NCBI RefSeq assembly: GCF_964188315.1
Contig: NC_135660.1
Coordinates: forward strand, 30,814,001 to 30,878,000
Reading direction: 5' to 3'
Origin: Podarcis muralis
Lineage: Eukaryota
Length of the DNA stretch: 64,000 nucleotides
Shown here: piece by piece, positions 1 through 10,826 of the stretch
Numbering within the stretch: position 1 is the stretch's first letter
How the letters are laid out: each line of letters begins with the position of its first letter
The notes under the pieces: model-generated
Told to the model about the DNA's origin: nothing
Databases searched by the model: none
The model's input: only the letters and a program-made list of their open reading frames with translations
Program-made: the position numbers and the translations under genes

Positions 1-611
1 AACTGAAGATTGAAAACTGAACTGAAGTAGGAGGCATTGGCAGCACTGCTCTCTAATTCCTGAAAAACATAAGCTGCACTTAGATGCCAGTTTCCTTCCT
101 CGAGTAATTCAAAACGATGATTTTTACCTTGACAGCCCCAAATAGTCTGGGCCCAGAAAACCTTGGGGGAAAGGCCTTCTCCCATATATAACCCCACCCC
201 CAAATTAGGATCTAAGACACTTTCCTGGGCTGTTCTTCATAGCTACGGGTGGTTGGGATCTTTAAGTGTAGTCACCTGAACATTGAACCAACATTTCTCT
301 CTCCTTCCTACTGTTCAGCTCATACCACCCTCTGAGGCTGATCCAACTTCCAATGGCTGCTGCCCATATAACGAAAAACCTGCGCATTAATTGAATTCAC
401 ACACTTACCACTGCATGGAGTTTGACCATCAGCTGGTTTTGTTTTGAATGAATTTTTAAATTCTATTGAATTGAACAGCCTTCTTTCTGTAACACTTTAT
501 TGCTTTATAAATGAAAAATTTTCAATAAGGTATCAGTCTTTAGAAATTAAAAAGAGAATTGAATAGCCTTTACAATAGCACTGAATACCTTTAGATTTTT
601 TATTTTATTTT

Positions 612-841
612 TACAATGGTACCTCGGGTTAAGTACTTAATTCATTGCGGAGGTCCGTTCTTAACCTGAAACTGTTCTTAACCTGAAGCACCACTTTCGC
701 TAATGGGGCCTCCTGCTGCCGCCGCGCCACCCGAGCACGATTTCTGTTCTCATCCTGAAGCAAAGTTCTTAACCTGAGGTACTATTCCTGGGTTAGCGGA
801 GTCTGTAACCTGAAGTGTATATAACCCGAGGTACCACTGTA
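612..841 (-). mobile_element. Tc1/mariner-pogo (Tigger-like) MITE, family 1
   Basis: TA-flanked TIRs tacaatggtacctcgggtt ... aacccgaggtaccactgta; no ORF; reverse orientation relative to the copies at 12174, 37363 and 60303. Confidence 0.9.
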
Positions 842-1049
842 TTTTGCAGGTATAACAAAAGGGGGAAAGAATGCAGGATTATCAGCTCACATTTATTTAT
901 TTCATAAAATTAACATACCGCTTGAATTTTAAAATGAACAGACATGTCAGAGGGGTTAAAACCTTCAGAGAGGTCTATCAGCAATAAAAAGACCATCTGT
1001 CCTGACTTAAACATATAAATTAGTCTAAGCAGTCCATTCTTCCAAATAG

Positions 1050-1340
1050 GTACCCTAATGTGGCTGAGCTTTATAAGATATGAAGTCCAACACTGAAAGG
1101 ACAGTGAGTTTGTTGAGGATAAAGCTACCAATGGATGTAAATCGTGATGGCTATGTTCTACCTCCACCGTCACAGGGAGGATGCCTCTGATCACCAGTTG
1201 CCGGGAGTTGCAAGTGAGTGCTGTTGCAGTTACGTCCTCCTTATTATGGGCTTCCTATAGGCATCTGGTTGGATACTGTGAGAACAGGATGCTGGACCCA
1301 GACAGGCCATTGGCCTAATGAAGCAGGTTTGTTCTTAATA
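1050..1340 (+). mobile_element. CR1 LINE 3' end fragment
   Basis: ggcatctggttggatactgtgagaacaggatgctggac...ttcttaatat resembles the reptile CR1 3' terminus; similar sequence at 45662 (-) and 55317 (+); 5' boundary approximate. Confidence 0.7.
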
Positions 1341-1381
1341 TGCCCCCACAATCTTAAATGCAGAAGCCTAATGCTGAAAAA

Positions 1382-1740
1382 GGGGACGCGGGTGGCGCTG
1401 TGGGTAAAACCTCAGCGCCTAGGACTTTCCGATCGCATGGTCGGCGGTTCGAATCCTCGCGGCGGGGTGAGCTCCCGTCATTCGGTCCCAGCTCCTGCCC
1501 ACCTAGCAGTTCGAAAGCACCCTTAAGTGCAAGTAGATAAATAGGTACCGCTTTATAGCGGGAAGGTAAACGGCGTTTCCGTGTGCTGCTCTGGTGCCGG
1601 TTTGCCAGAGCAGCTTCGTCATGCTGGCCACGTGACCCGGAAGTGTCTGCGGACAGCGCTGGCTCCCGGCCTCTAGAGTGAGATGAGCGCACAACCCTAG
1701 AGTCTGTCAAGACTTGCCCGTATGGGCAGGGGTACCTTTA
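1382..1740 (+). mobile_element. Sauria SINE (Squam1), full length, subfamily A
   Basis: tRNA-derived head gggacgcgggtggcgctgtggg with B box ggttcgaatcc; BovB-like tail ending acctttac; perfect 15-bp TSD cctaatgctgaaaaa (1367-1381 / 1741-1755); many intact CpGs. Confidence 0.97.
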
Positions 1741-2519
1741 CCTAATGCTGAAAAAAGCAGTTTGAGGATTGGGGGCAAGAGCTTTAAAAGTGAGGAATGA
1801 GGGGGAAATAGCATCTCTTCAGTGGAATCATTTTCCCTTTAAAGTGCTCTTGAACTATGTCCAAAAAAGAAGATTATCTTATGTGCTTGCCAGACCTGCC
1901 TAAAGATTCAAACCTCTTGGCAGCATATCTCTGTGTAACTTTTGAAAACAAACAAACTAGCCACCAGATCCCAGACAGACTCGCCATTGACTGCAGAGTG
2001 TTTTGAATGACTTGATCTTCAGAAATCACATGGCAGGCAATATGACTTGCATCCTTCTTGCTTTTAAATCTCCATTACCTACCATGAAGGAGTGGTTGTT
2101 AAAGCCATTTGAAGTTGCAGGAATGGATAACTGAATGGACATGGTTTATAGAAGACACAAGAAAGACATACAGTTCTTCCCTGCCCTCCCCCTTTTAATG
2201 ATACAGCAGTACACATTTTTTAAAAAATAAATAAATAAATAATGTATAAATAAACACAATGCCTCCAGCCGCCACCCCAAAATGACAGCCATTTGCAAAA
2301 TATAAATTTTGGTCCAGAGAAACTAGACACTTTTGTCTTTTTATGCTAATGTTGTATTTGTTCTCAATAAAATTCTCAATACAGCTAATTAATGAATTAA
2401 ATGATTAATAAAAATATTCTAAAAGCTGCACAGAAGTCAAGAAAACAGGGTACTGTGGTGACACTGACCTCTATTGGCCAGATGTGCTAACACCTGGTTG
2501 TCACTTAATGGAGGACTCA

Positions 2520-2648
2520 CCAACTTAATGTTCTCAATATGTTTTGGACTACAACTCCCATCCACCCCGGTCAGAATAGTCAGTGGTAGAGGATCTTGGG
2601 AGCACTAGTCCAAAACATCTGGAAGGCACCACGTTGGCTACACCTGTT
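2520..2648. mobile_element. degenerate palindromic hAT-type MITE
   Basis: tgttttggactacaactcccatc ... gggagcactagtccaaaaca inverted arms, same family as 8455 and 10696. Confidence 0.6.
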
Positions 2649-2902
2649 TTAAGAAACAAGACTCCATTTGCAGATTCCTCAAGTGTCCCAATTTTTTGGG
2701 GACATCACAAATTGGGAGAAGCCATCTCGACTTCCAATCCCAGATTTCGCTGCCCTGTGCTCGTTGCGCCAGAGCGAGGGAGAAAAAGATGGGTGTTTTT
2801 TGGTTCTGCTGTGGCATAAGTCCACAAAGAGGACCAAAAACCAGAAGAAACACTTACCATGACCTCCTCTTCCAGAACTTCGTCTGCGGCACCAGAGCAT
2901 GT

Positions 2903-3140
2903 CCAGTGTGGTGTAGTGGTTAAGAGCGATAGTCTCGTAATCTGGGGAACCGGGTTCGCGTCTCCGCTCCTCCACATGCAGCTGCTGGGTGACCTTGGGC
3001 CAGTCACACTTCAGAGAAGTCTCTCAGCCCCACTCACCTCACAGAGTGTTTGTTGTGGGGGAGGAAGGGAAAGGAGAATGTTAGCCGCTTTGAGACTCCT
3101 TCAGGTAGTGATAAAGCAGGATATCAAATCCAAACTCTTC
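2903..3140 (+). mobile_element. Squam3 (Ther1/MIR-related) SINE
   Basis: head ccagtgtggtgtagtggttaagag, core gggtgaccttgggccagtcac, 3' end gccgctttgagactcc...caaactcttc. Confidence 0.9.
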
Positions 3141-3538
3141 AGTCTGCGCTGCATCAGGAGATGTGGCACAGACCACACCCAACTGCCTGCTTCTTCAGAT
3201 GCGGTGGAGGCTAACCAGCCTTCGGAAGGCTGTGCCAGGCCACCCACTTCTCTGTGTCTCCCAATGTTCCCTTGACGCTGTGGAGGAGGAAGAAAACTGC
3301 AAAGGTAAAATGGTGGAAGGGGGCGAGTGGGTGGGTGGAAAAGGCATTGGCGACAGAGATGGGGTGAGGGATGAGGTGGGGTGGGATGCCCCAAACTGCC
3401 CTTCCAAAATGTTGGAGGGTATGCATTTGGGGACTCATTAAAGTTAATCTGTAAACACACTTCATGTGTGTTTCCTTATATGTATGTTGTTGAAAGTTAA
3501 CAGCAAGCGCTCCATCTTTTCCTGTCCTATCCAAGTCA

Positions 3539-3953
3539 TTCTTCTTTCTTTCTTTGGTGATCACTCGTAGCTGGGTAAGATTGTCTTCCATAAACACGGT
3601 TTTAACAATGAGTCTGTAGGTGACTGTGAAAGCCAATTCTGGATCCACACATCTTTCCACAGTGGGGACATTGGTTTCCGGGCTGGAGTTGATCTCGGTG
3701 TGGATTTGCCAAGCGTGCCTTCCTCTTAGAACGTTTCCGCCTTGCATCCTGAGTTTGAGTGTCTTCAAAGCCCATTACACCGTTGGTAAAGGCTGTTCTC
3801 CAATTGGAGCGCTTGCAGGCCAGTGCTTCCCAGTTGTTGGTGTTTATACTACATTTTAAAAAATTTGCCTTGAGACAGTCTTTAAACCTCTTTTGTTGAC
3901 CACCAGCATTACGCTTTCCATTTTTAAGTTCGGAATAGAGTAGTTGCTTTTGA
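3539..3953 (-). mobile_element. RTE-clade LINE 3' end (5'-truncated)
   Basis: minus-strand translation QLLYSELKNGKRNAGGQQKRFKDCLK...CPHCGKMCGSRIGFHSHLQTHC (RTE ORF2 C-terminus with C2H2-like motif); 3' UTR and aagaa-type tail. Confidence 0.88.
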
Positions 3954-4510
3954 TGATTCCTTAATAAATTAGGTATCTTGAAATAACCACATAGGAGTTT
4001 CTAGTCCCAGGCCAGACTAGTTCTAGGGTATATTAAAAAATTCAATCTATCCTGGATGAACTTGTGGTTCAGTGTTTAGAGTACTTCAAATTAGCTTTCC
4101 TTAGCATGGAGAATGGACACTTCAAGCTTCCCTGATTGTGTCCTCAAATGCCCTGCCTCTTATAGTCTTTAATAGTTAGTAAGATACTGTTTGGTGCAAG
4201 TCACAAGGGTTTTGTGGTCCAGTCTCAAATATTTGTCTGGAGATTCTGCTGCTATGAATTCTGATTTATTACTTTGTTTTGACAATATGTACAACATGAA
4301 GACAGTGGAGGCTGTCTCCTGGCCCCTTGGATTTATAGAATGGATTTTGACATTTGGTACCTTGCAACTAATGCAAGGATAACACGTTCCTTTTAAGTTT
4401 AAAATTCCAAGTACTACAATTTCTGAACAATAAATCTATCAGTCACACTTATTGGCCACTGGATTCAACCTTTATGTGCTTTATGTGCTTTATGTGCTAT
4501 TTCTTATGCT

Positions 4511-4888
4511 CGTGGGTGAGCTGTGGGTTAAACCACTGTGCCGCTTGGGCTTGCTGATTGAAAGGTCAGCGGTTTGAATCCCCACGTATCACCCCACAAT
4601 GGGGTGAGCTCCTGTTGCTCGGTCCCTGCTCCTGCCAACCTAGCAGTTCGAAAGCACGTCAAAGTGCAAGTAGATAAATAGGTACCACTCCAGTGGGAAG
4701 GTAAACAGTGTTTCTGTGCGCTGCTCTGGTTTCGCCAGAAGTGGCTTAGTCATGCTTGCCATGTGACCCTGAAAAACTGTCTGCAGAAGCGGACAAATGC
4801 CTCGGCCTGTAAAGCGAGATGAGCACCGTAATCCCAAAGTCATTTGTGACTGGACTTAATTGTCAGGGCGTCCCTTTACCTTTACCTT
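4511..4888 (+). mobile_element. Sauria SINE, subfamily C (older, slightly 5'-degraded)
   Basis: conserved cctagcagttcgaaagcacgtcaaagtgcaagtagataaataggtacc core and (ccttta)n tail. Confidence 0.95.
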
Positions 4889-5675
4889 TATGCACCTCTC
4901 TTGTACTATACAGTACGGGTACATGGACATTCGGTTTTCCGCAAGAAACTGAGCCACCAAGAAATGTCTTGTTTTAAGTGCCCATTGGGGCACCTAAAGG
5001 ACTTCTAAAGCATTTGTGCTTAAAAGAAAACAAACAAACAAACAAACAAACACAAACTATCAGAAGATTCAAGGTCGATAAAAACAAGCAAAGCTCTATT
5101 TGGGCTGAACCTTGCCTTATTCACTCTCTTTAAAAAAATTATTATTATTATTATTATTACTAATAGGGAGGCTAAGCGCTCTATAAATTGTCATTCGGGT
5201 GAGATTGCACCCACCATCTTAATTCCTCCAAATGCCTCTTTATGTAAATACAAACTAGCATATGCAAAATTTATGCAAATTAGAGCCCCATGTCACCCCT
5301 GTTTCTCATGGATATTACAGAGGTGCAGTTAAGAGCTTTGTGAGGAATTGGTCTGTGGATCTGGATTCAAAAGTCAAGGAACTGCTGCAGTCAAATGAAC
5401 TGGGAGTCATTTCAGCCATTTTTGTGCTTTCCATGTTTGGTTCTTATGAGATCCAAAATGCCAATAGGCAAGATGTTCTTTGGTAGGTGTATTCACCATT
5501 TGCATACAACTCTGATATAAATGACTTGCCTCCTCAAATCAGTCTGCGCTACGTCTCTTCCCAAACCTTGAAGAAAGTGGCCGAAGACTTCACATTATTT
5601 TTTTTATGAGTTGGTGGGTGCAAGACACCCTAAATTTTGGATCAAGTTAGTGTTAGAATTTAATTAAGGCTTGTG

Positions 5676-6435
5676 TGTTAAATCTGGTTGTGTGTATTTG
5701 AGCTGTGTGCTGGAGACTTCTAATCTTCTGGAATCAACATGTGTAAAAGCTAATTAAGCCAGGACTAGCCTCCTGCATGAGACAATAGTCTGGGGTTAGT
5801 GAGCAATTAGGACAATAAAGGATCTCATTTGCAAATAAGTGGGCTCCTTCCCTCCCTCAACTGAGTAGCTTTAAAAGATAATGCCAGTGTTTTAGGTCAG
5901 AGTTTAGGATTGCAAGTAGGAGTTATGCAATGGAGATAGTAAGCAGCAGGATGGAGAGAGTGTCAGAGAACAATGTTTGAGAGCAATGCTTTGGGTCTGC
6001 TTAAATCCAAGGATACTGTGGCCTCTTGGGGTGTGAATGTTGTGTGAATCCCTCCATCATAGGCTCAGGTTGTATATTAGTGTATATCAGGCATGTCCAA
6101 AGTCCATTTCGGGGGCCTAATCTGGCCCACTGGTCGATTTAATCCGGTCCTCGTGGCAGTATATGTCCTGGGGTTAAATTGTAAAAAAAAACCTCAACAA
6201 CTTCAGTCCTTAAAAAAGCCTAACAACTTTGGTAAGCCATCACACATGTTCACTTTATCAAATCTGACCCTCTTTGAAAAAAGTCTGGGCACCCCTGGTG
6301 TAAATAAACCATATGTCATAAAGACACCACAGTTCCCACTGTGCCTCATTCCCAAAAGAAAACACAGACCCTGGATAAATGTGCCTGGAATCCCTGGAAT
6401 CTTGTGCTGCTCAGATATTGGAGTGACATGTAACA
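5676..6435 (+). mobile_element. solo LTR, family A, interrupted by a hAT MITE
   Basis: homologous to 36601-37135 (catcataggctcagg, cataaagacaccaca, gtgcctcatt.ccaaa); ends tgtaaca; aataaa at about 6303; 5' boundary approximate, TSD not resolved. Confidence 0.7.
6088..6297. mobile_element. hAT-type MITE nested in the LTR
   Basis: cagg...cctg termini; 8-bp TSD gtgtatat (6080-6087) / gtgtaaat (6298-6305); absent from the paralogous LTR at about 37002. Confidence 0.85.
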
Positions 6436-7066
6436 ATACAATCCTGTTGCAATAAGATTACAGTTTGCAGGGAAAAAACCCTTGTGCTGTTTCCAATTCC
6501 CACCAGTTCTCGACCTTGCTTGATCTCTTCATTTTTTGACTTGGCCCAAGTATCAGAACTTCACTGGGATGGCAAGATGAGAAATTCCTCCCAATGCATA
6601 TCTGAAGATGAAGAAAAACAACTTCAACTCAAGTTTTGCAAGATCTGCTGAGGAGAAAAGAATATTTGAGCTCCTAGTGCCATCTAGTGTTTACACTGGA
6701 ATAGAACTGCGATTATGAGTGATAAGCATGATATTCCTGCAAGCACTAGGGCGGCTGATGGTCAGGGGAATGACCTTGTTGTGGGAGGATGGGATTGGGG
6801 TTGACATATTTTTCTTTGCCCTGTCCTTTCATTCTGTGAGGACTTCTGTGTGCTTCAGGGTGCACTAGTGGGGCTATGTCACTGTGTTCTCAAGTCATGC
6901 ATATTTAGAGCACATGGTGGAAAGGCGTTTTGAACAAACCAAGAGCCCTTGCCATGAACAGAAAATAAAAATAGGAAGGGCAGGTTGCAATGTGGGAAGA
7001 GCAGTTTGAGTCTATATCCCAAAGCACTCAAGAGGTATTTCTACTCCACTATCCTAATTGGGAAAA

Positions 7067-7420
7067 GGGACGTGGGTGGCGCTGTGGGTTAAACCACAGA
7101 GCCTAGGACTTGCCGATCAGAAGGTTGGCGGTTCAAATCCCCGTTATGGGGTGAGCTCCCGTTGCTCGGTCCCTGCTCCTGCCCACCTAGCAGTTCGAAA
7201 TCACCTCAAAGTGCAAGTAGATAAATAGGTACCGCTCCGGCAGGAAGGTAAACGGCATTTCCGTGCGCTGTCTGGTTCGCCAGAAGCAGCTTAGTCATGC
7301 TGGCCACATGACCCGGAAGCTGTACGCCAGCTCCCTCAGCCAATAAAGCGAGATGAGCGCCACAACTCCAGAGTCAGTCACAACTGGACCTAATGGTCAG
7401 TGGTCCCTTTACCTTTACCT
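7067..7420 (+). mobile_element. Sauria SINE, full length, subfamily B
   Basis: head, core and tail intact; 17-bp TSD tatcctaattgggaaaa (7050-7066) / tatcctaattggggaaa (7421-7437). Confidence 0.97.
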
Positions 7421-7785
7421 TATCCTAATTGGGGAAAGCCAAGTCAATACACATGACAATAACCCCATGCCACTTAATTTCCCCCTCCCTGGGTTTTCTC
7501 CCCATCCCTCCAGAGCAGATTTAGGGAGGGCACAGGACACTCTTATAGGAAGGAGAGGGGGAAATTTTCCATTTCCACAAGTGAAAATCCTGACAGAACA
7601 AGTTAGCTGGATATCACCACCTGCTTCCAAGGATGGGGAAAGATGTGTCTCCCATATTTATCCACCACCACCAGAAAGAAGACTTAGTTTAAGCATGCAC
7701 TGTGAAGATTGAGGGGCAGAAAGGCTTTCAGATACAGTATACTCTTGAGGTTCTAAATTATATAGATATGGGTTAAAAATCGAAA

Positions 7786-8100
7786 TCTTATCCCAATGAG
7801 ACAGAAGTGCTCTTGGTCAGGAAGACTGTGTACCTGTTATGGATGCAGTTGAAAGAGGTTCTAAATTTTGGGGGTGTTGCTGGAACTGGTTTTTTTGCCC
7901 AGCTGTGGCTGGTGTGCTGACTGGGCCTGTTTCTGTGGAACACGCACCTGGCCTGAGCCACACAAGCCTTAGTTACATCAAGGTCGGAGTAATGTAATGT
8001 TCTGTATTTGGGATTGCCTTTTGGAACAACCTGGAAGCTACACTTAGGTTCCTGACTGCAGCTAGGTTCCTGACTGGAATCAGTATTGTTACATGCATAA
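7786..8100 (+). mobile_element. L2 LINE ORF2 C-terminal fragment, degenerate
   Basis: interrupted translation ...QALVTSRSE*CNVLYLGLPFGTTWKL...TAARFLTG resembles the L2 motif ALVTSRLDYCNxLYxGLP..TxKLQLVQNAAAR and the better copy at 19001. Confidence 0.7.
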
Positions 8101-8454
8101 TTTCCCATGCTCAAAGTGTCTTACAACATGAATATATATATATAATTACTACATAACAACAGTAGTCATAAACAATAAAACAAAACATTAAAAACACACA
8201 ACCCAATTGGACAATTTCCACATAAATTGTAATAAGAACTAAAATAAAGATACAGAAAATTAATATCAACAGAAACAACCACCCTAACAATACCCCAGCT
8301 GAAGAGTTTGTTCAGTTGTCTCAGCTTATGTAGCTGGAGTCAGTCAGCGTCCTGTCCTCCCAGGCTAGGTGAGAAAGGGCCTGTGGGACAGGGAGCAGGT
8401 ATTTTAAGACTCTCAGCTGAAATTTTAACATGACTCTGTTGTCTTTGTCTAGAC

Positions 8455-8592
8455 CAGCGGTTCTCAACCTGTGGGTCCCCAGATGTTGTTGGACTACAAC
8501 TCCCATCATCCCTGAGCTCTGGCCTTGCTAGCTAGGGGTGATGGGAGTTGTAGTTCAACCTCATCTGGGGACCCACAGGTTGAGAAAGGCTG
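8455..8592. mobile_element. palindromic hAT MITE
   Basis: long inverted arms ttctcaacctgtgggtccccagatg / catctggggacccacaggttgagaa; 8-bp TSD gtctagac / ttctagac. Confidence 0.92.
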
Positions 8593-8777
8593 TTCTAGAC
8601 AGTCTGCATTGTAACTGCTCATAAGGGCCACACATGTGGCTGTGTATGTGCCCTGGTCCTCCACAACACTTGTAGTAGTCAAGAAAGCTCTTCCCTCTGA
8701 AGGACTCTCCATCCTTGGAGGTTTTTAAGCATTGGTTGGATGGCCATCCATCATGGATGCTTCAGTTGAGATTTGTG

Positions 8778-9128
8778 ATGGCCTGGGATTCCGATTCGGA
8801 GGATGAAACAGAGGAATCCCAGCCTGCACAGGAGTCCCCGCCTCCAGGGCCGGCTGAACTGGGGCAAGGCCTAGATGCTGAAGAGCCTGCACCTGTGGCA
8901 GTGCATCAGGAGCTGGCCCCAGGTGAAGCCCTTCTGGCCCCAGAGAGGCTTGACGACTCAGTGGCCACAGGTGAGCCTCCTCCAGGGCCCAGTAACCCTT
9001 CGGCCTCTCCTGATCTGCAGAGGCTTAGAGCAGAGAGGCGAAGGGAACTGGTTGCCCCCAGGAGGAGTGCTCGCCTTAAGGCCAGAGGAGGCGGGGCTCC
9101 TGGGGGCCGGGACCGCCCCTGGCCTTAG
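8778..9128 (+). CDS. putative LTR(U3)-encoded 116-aa acidic/Pro-rich peptide with a basic RRSARL-containing C-terminus
   Basis: uninterrupted ATG (4 nt inside the LTR) to TAG: MAWDSDSEDETEE...PSASPDLQRLRAERRRELVAPRRSARLKAR...; analogous decayed ORFs in three other LTRs; expression unproven. Confidence 0.45.
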   Translation: MAWDSDSEDETEESQPAQESPPPGPAELGQGLDAEEPAPVAVHQELAPGEALLAPERLDDSVATGEPPPGPSNPSASPDLQRLRAERRRELVAPRRSARLKARGGGAPGGRDRPWP

Positions 9129-9211
9129 AAGAGGATAAAAGCCCAGTCAGCCCGGCCCCAGGTTGCGGGAGCAACGTCGTTGTTGGCTTCGGACCTTCCT
9201 GCGTGCCTGAT

Positions 9212-9340
9212 CCCTGCTCGGCCTCCTGTTCCTGACTATCCGGTACTCCTGTTCCCTGCTCGGCTTCCTGTTCCTGACTATCCGGTACTCCTGTTCCCTG
9301 CTCGGCCTCCTGTTCCCGACCATCCGGTGTTCCTGTTCCC
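9212..9340 (+). repeat. 42-bp tandem repeat, about 3 copies, inside LTR B
   Basis: unit ccctgctcggcctcctgttcctgactatccggtactcctgtt, near-identical copies with no spacers. Confidence 0.92.
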
Positions 9341-10695
9341 TGCACAGCCTCCTGTTCCAGCGTTCCTGTTCACCGCCCGGCTCTCTGCCTCGGACCTTGC
9401 CCCTCTTCGTGTGGACTTTGCTACACCCAAGGTACCTTACCCCCGGGACCAGCACAAGATTCCTGCATTGCAGGGGATTGGACTAGATGATTCTTTGGGT
9501 CCCTACGAACTCTTCAGTTCTATGATTCCATGGTTGGTCATCAAGATTGGTTGGATGTGATAGAGGCATATAAGGTGATGCATTGCGTCGAGATGGGACT
9601 CTTCTTCCATGCAGGTTCATATGTCATGACCATGGCAGAGGAAGATAGAATAGGGCAGGGCATTGCACTTGGACAAGAATCACATTTTTGGGGGAGTAAC
9701 ATAGAAAAAGGAGATTAATGACAATTTGTGCATATACAATATTCCTTCTCTATCCACATGCAGAAATTTAAATATGGGGAAATTATTCTTAATGCTATTC
9801 CAAACTGAGGAGTGACTGAAATAATAGCATTGTGGTTTCCATGCTTGTTGGAGCTAATGACATGCTGAGCCTCTCTAGAGGTGGGAATGGTTCAATTAAG
9901 ATGTCAGTCTTTCAGCCTACACAAATACCCTCTCCCTGAGCTTTGCTTTTCACCCATCGTTTTTGGTAACAGACAACTAAAAACAATTACACAATCTGTC
10001 CAAGGCAAGAAAAAACAGTGGACAAGTTTCTGCAATGTGGTTTCAGAGCAGGTGGCTTAATCTTACACATAAATAATCATTTCAGCATATACTTCTGATT
10101 ACAGATAATAGGCCTTCTGGTAACTTTAGCTCACTCAGGTGTGGCATCTTGTTCTATGTGTCATAACCTGCCACTTATTCACACTTGCTGGATAATTACT
10201 TCATTGAAAATCAGATTACATGTTGTTTAGATGTCAGAAATTAAAGTGCCAAAAACCCAGGTGAGAGTCAGTTGTGGGTCGCCCGCCAATACTCCCAAGC
10301 TGCAATTATAATTTCTTCTCCTTCGTGTGAAGATCCAGCATGTTTTCTGACAATGCCTTGGTGTATGTGAAACAATAAAGGATTGGGTGAAGATCATCCA
10401 GTTCTAGCAGTCAGTATTTTTAGGATACCCTAAATCTGCCTCAGATTGAATATACTGCAGACAAGCTAAGTTTAGAGAAGTGATGGGCACTCCAGCTCCC
10501 ATCAACCCAAGCCAGCACGGCCAAAGCTCATGTAGTTGTAGGGAAGCAACATCTGGAGGAACACATGTTCCCCATGCCTGGTTTAGAAAGTGGTAACAAG
10601 TTCATGATGTTGTAAGAATGTGAATACAAAAATAAAATGGGAGGGGGGAGTAAGAGAGTTGAAGGAAAAAGGATATCACTTGCAGTTCTATAGAG

Positions 10696-10826
10696 CAGGC
10701 ATAGGCAAACTCGGCCCTCCAGATGTTTTGAGACTACAATTCCCATCATCCCTGACCACTGGTCCTCCTAGGATGATAGGAGTTGTAGTCCCAAAACATC
10801 TGGAGGGCTGAGTTTACCTATGCCTG
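10696..10826. mobile_element. palindromic hAT MITE
   Basis: TIR caggcataggcaaactc / gagtttacctatgcctg; perfect 8-bp TSD ctatagag (10688-10695 / 10827-10834). Confidence 0.95.

Larger units (their letters stand above)
8774..9455 (+). mobile_element. young solo LTR, family B (682 bp)
   Basis: tgtgatggcc ... ggaccagcaca imperfect TIR; perfect 5-bp TSD agatt (8769-8773 / 9456-9460); TATA-like gataaaa at 9134-9140; GC- and CpG-rich; superfamily (Gypsy vs ERV) not determinable without the internal region. Confidence 0.92.
8700..9530 (+). mobile_element. CR1 LINE 3' end, split by an LTR insertion (8700-8773 + 9461-9530)
   Basis: gactctccatccttggaggtttttaagc...gcttcagttgagatt | cctgcattgcaggggattggactagatga...ttctatgattc is contiguous CR1 3' sequence once the LTR is removed. 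Confidence 0.85.

Noticed and set aside
1354-1710. ORFs within Sauria SINEs (also 4640-4843, 21053-21416, 41560-42237)
   Set aside because: Recurrent chance frames in a non-coding Pol III retroposon.
3310-3390. G-rich tract as a G-quadruplex element
   Set aside because: Irregular G-runs of a kind common in vertebrate DNA, with no supporting context.
3211-3768. 185-aa minus-strand ORF
   Set aside because: Alternative frame over the RTE 3' end running into flanking sequence; no independent coding signal.
5319-5482. Possible plus-strand exon GAVKSFVRNW...QDVL ending at gtaggt
   Set aside because: Acceptor lacks a polypyrimidine tract, the peptide is unrecognised, and no partner exons were found.
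9212-9340. CRISPR-like array
   Set aside because: Contiguous 42-bp units with no unique spacers, in a vertebrate LTR, with no cas genes.
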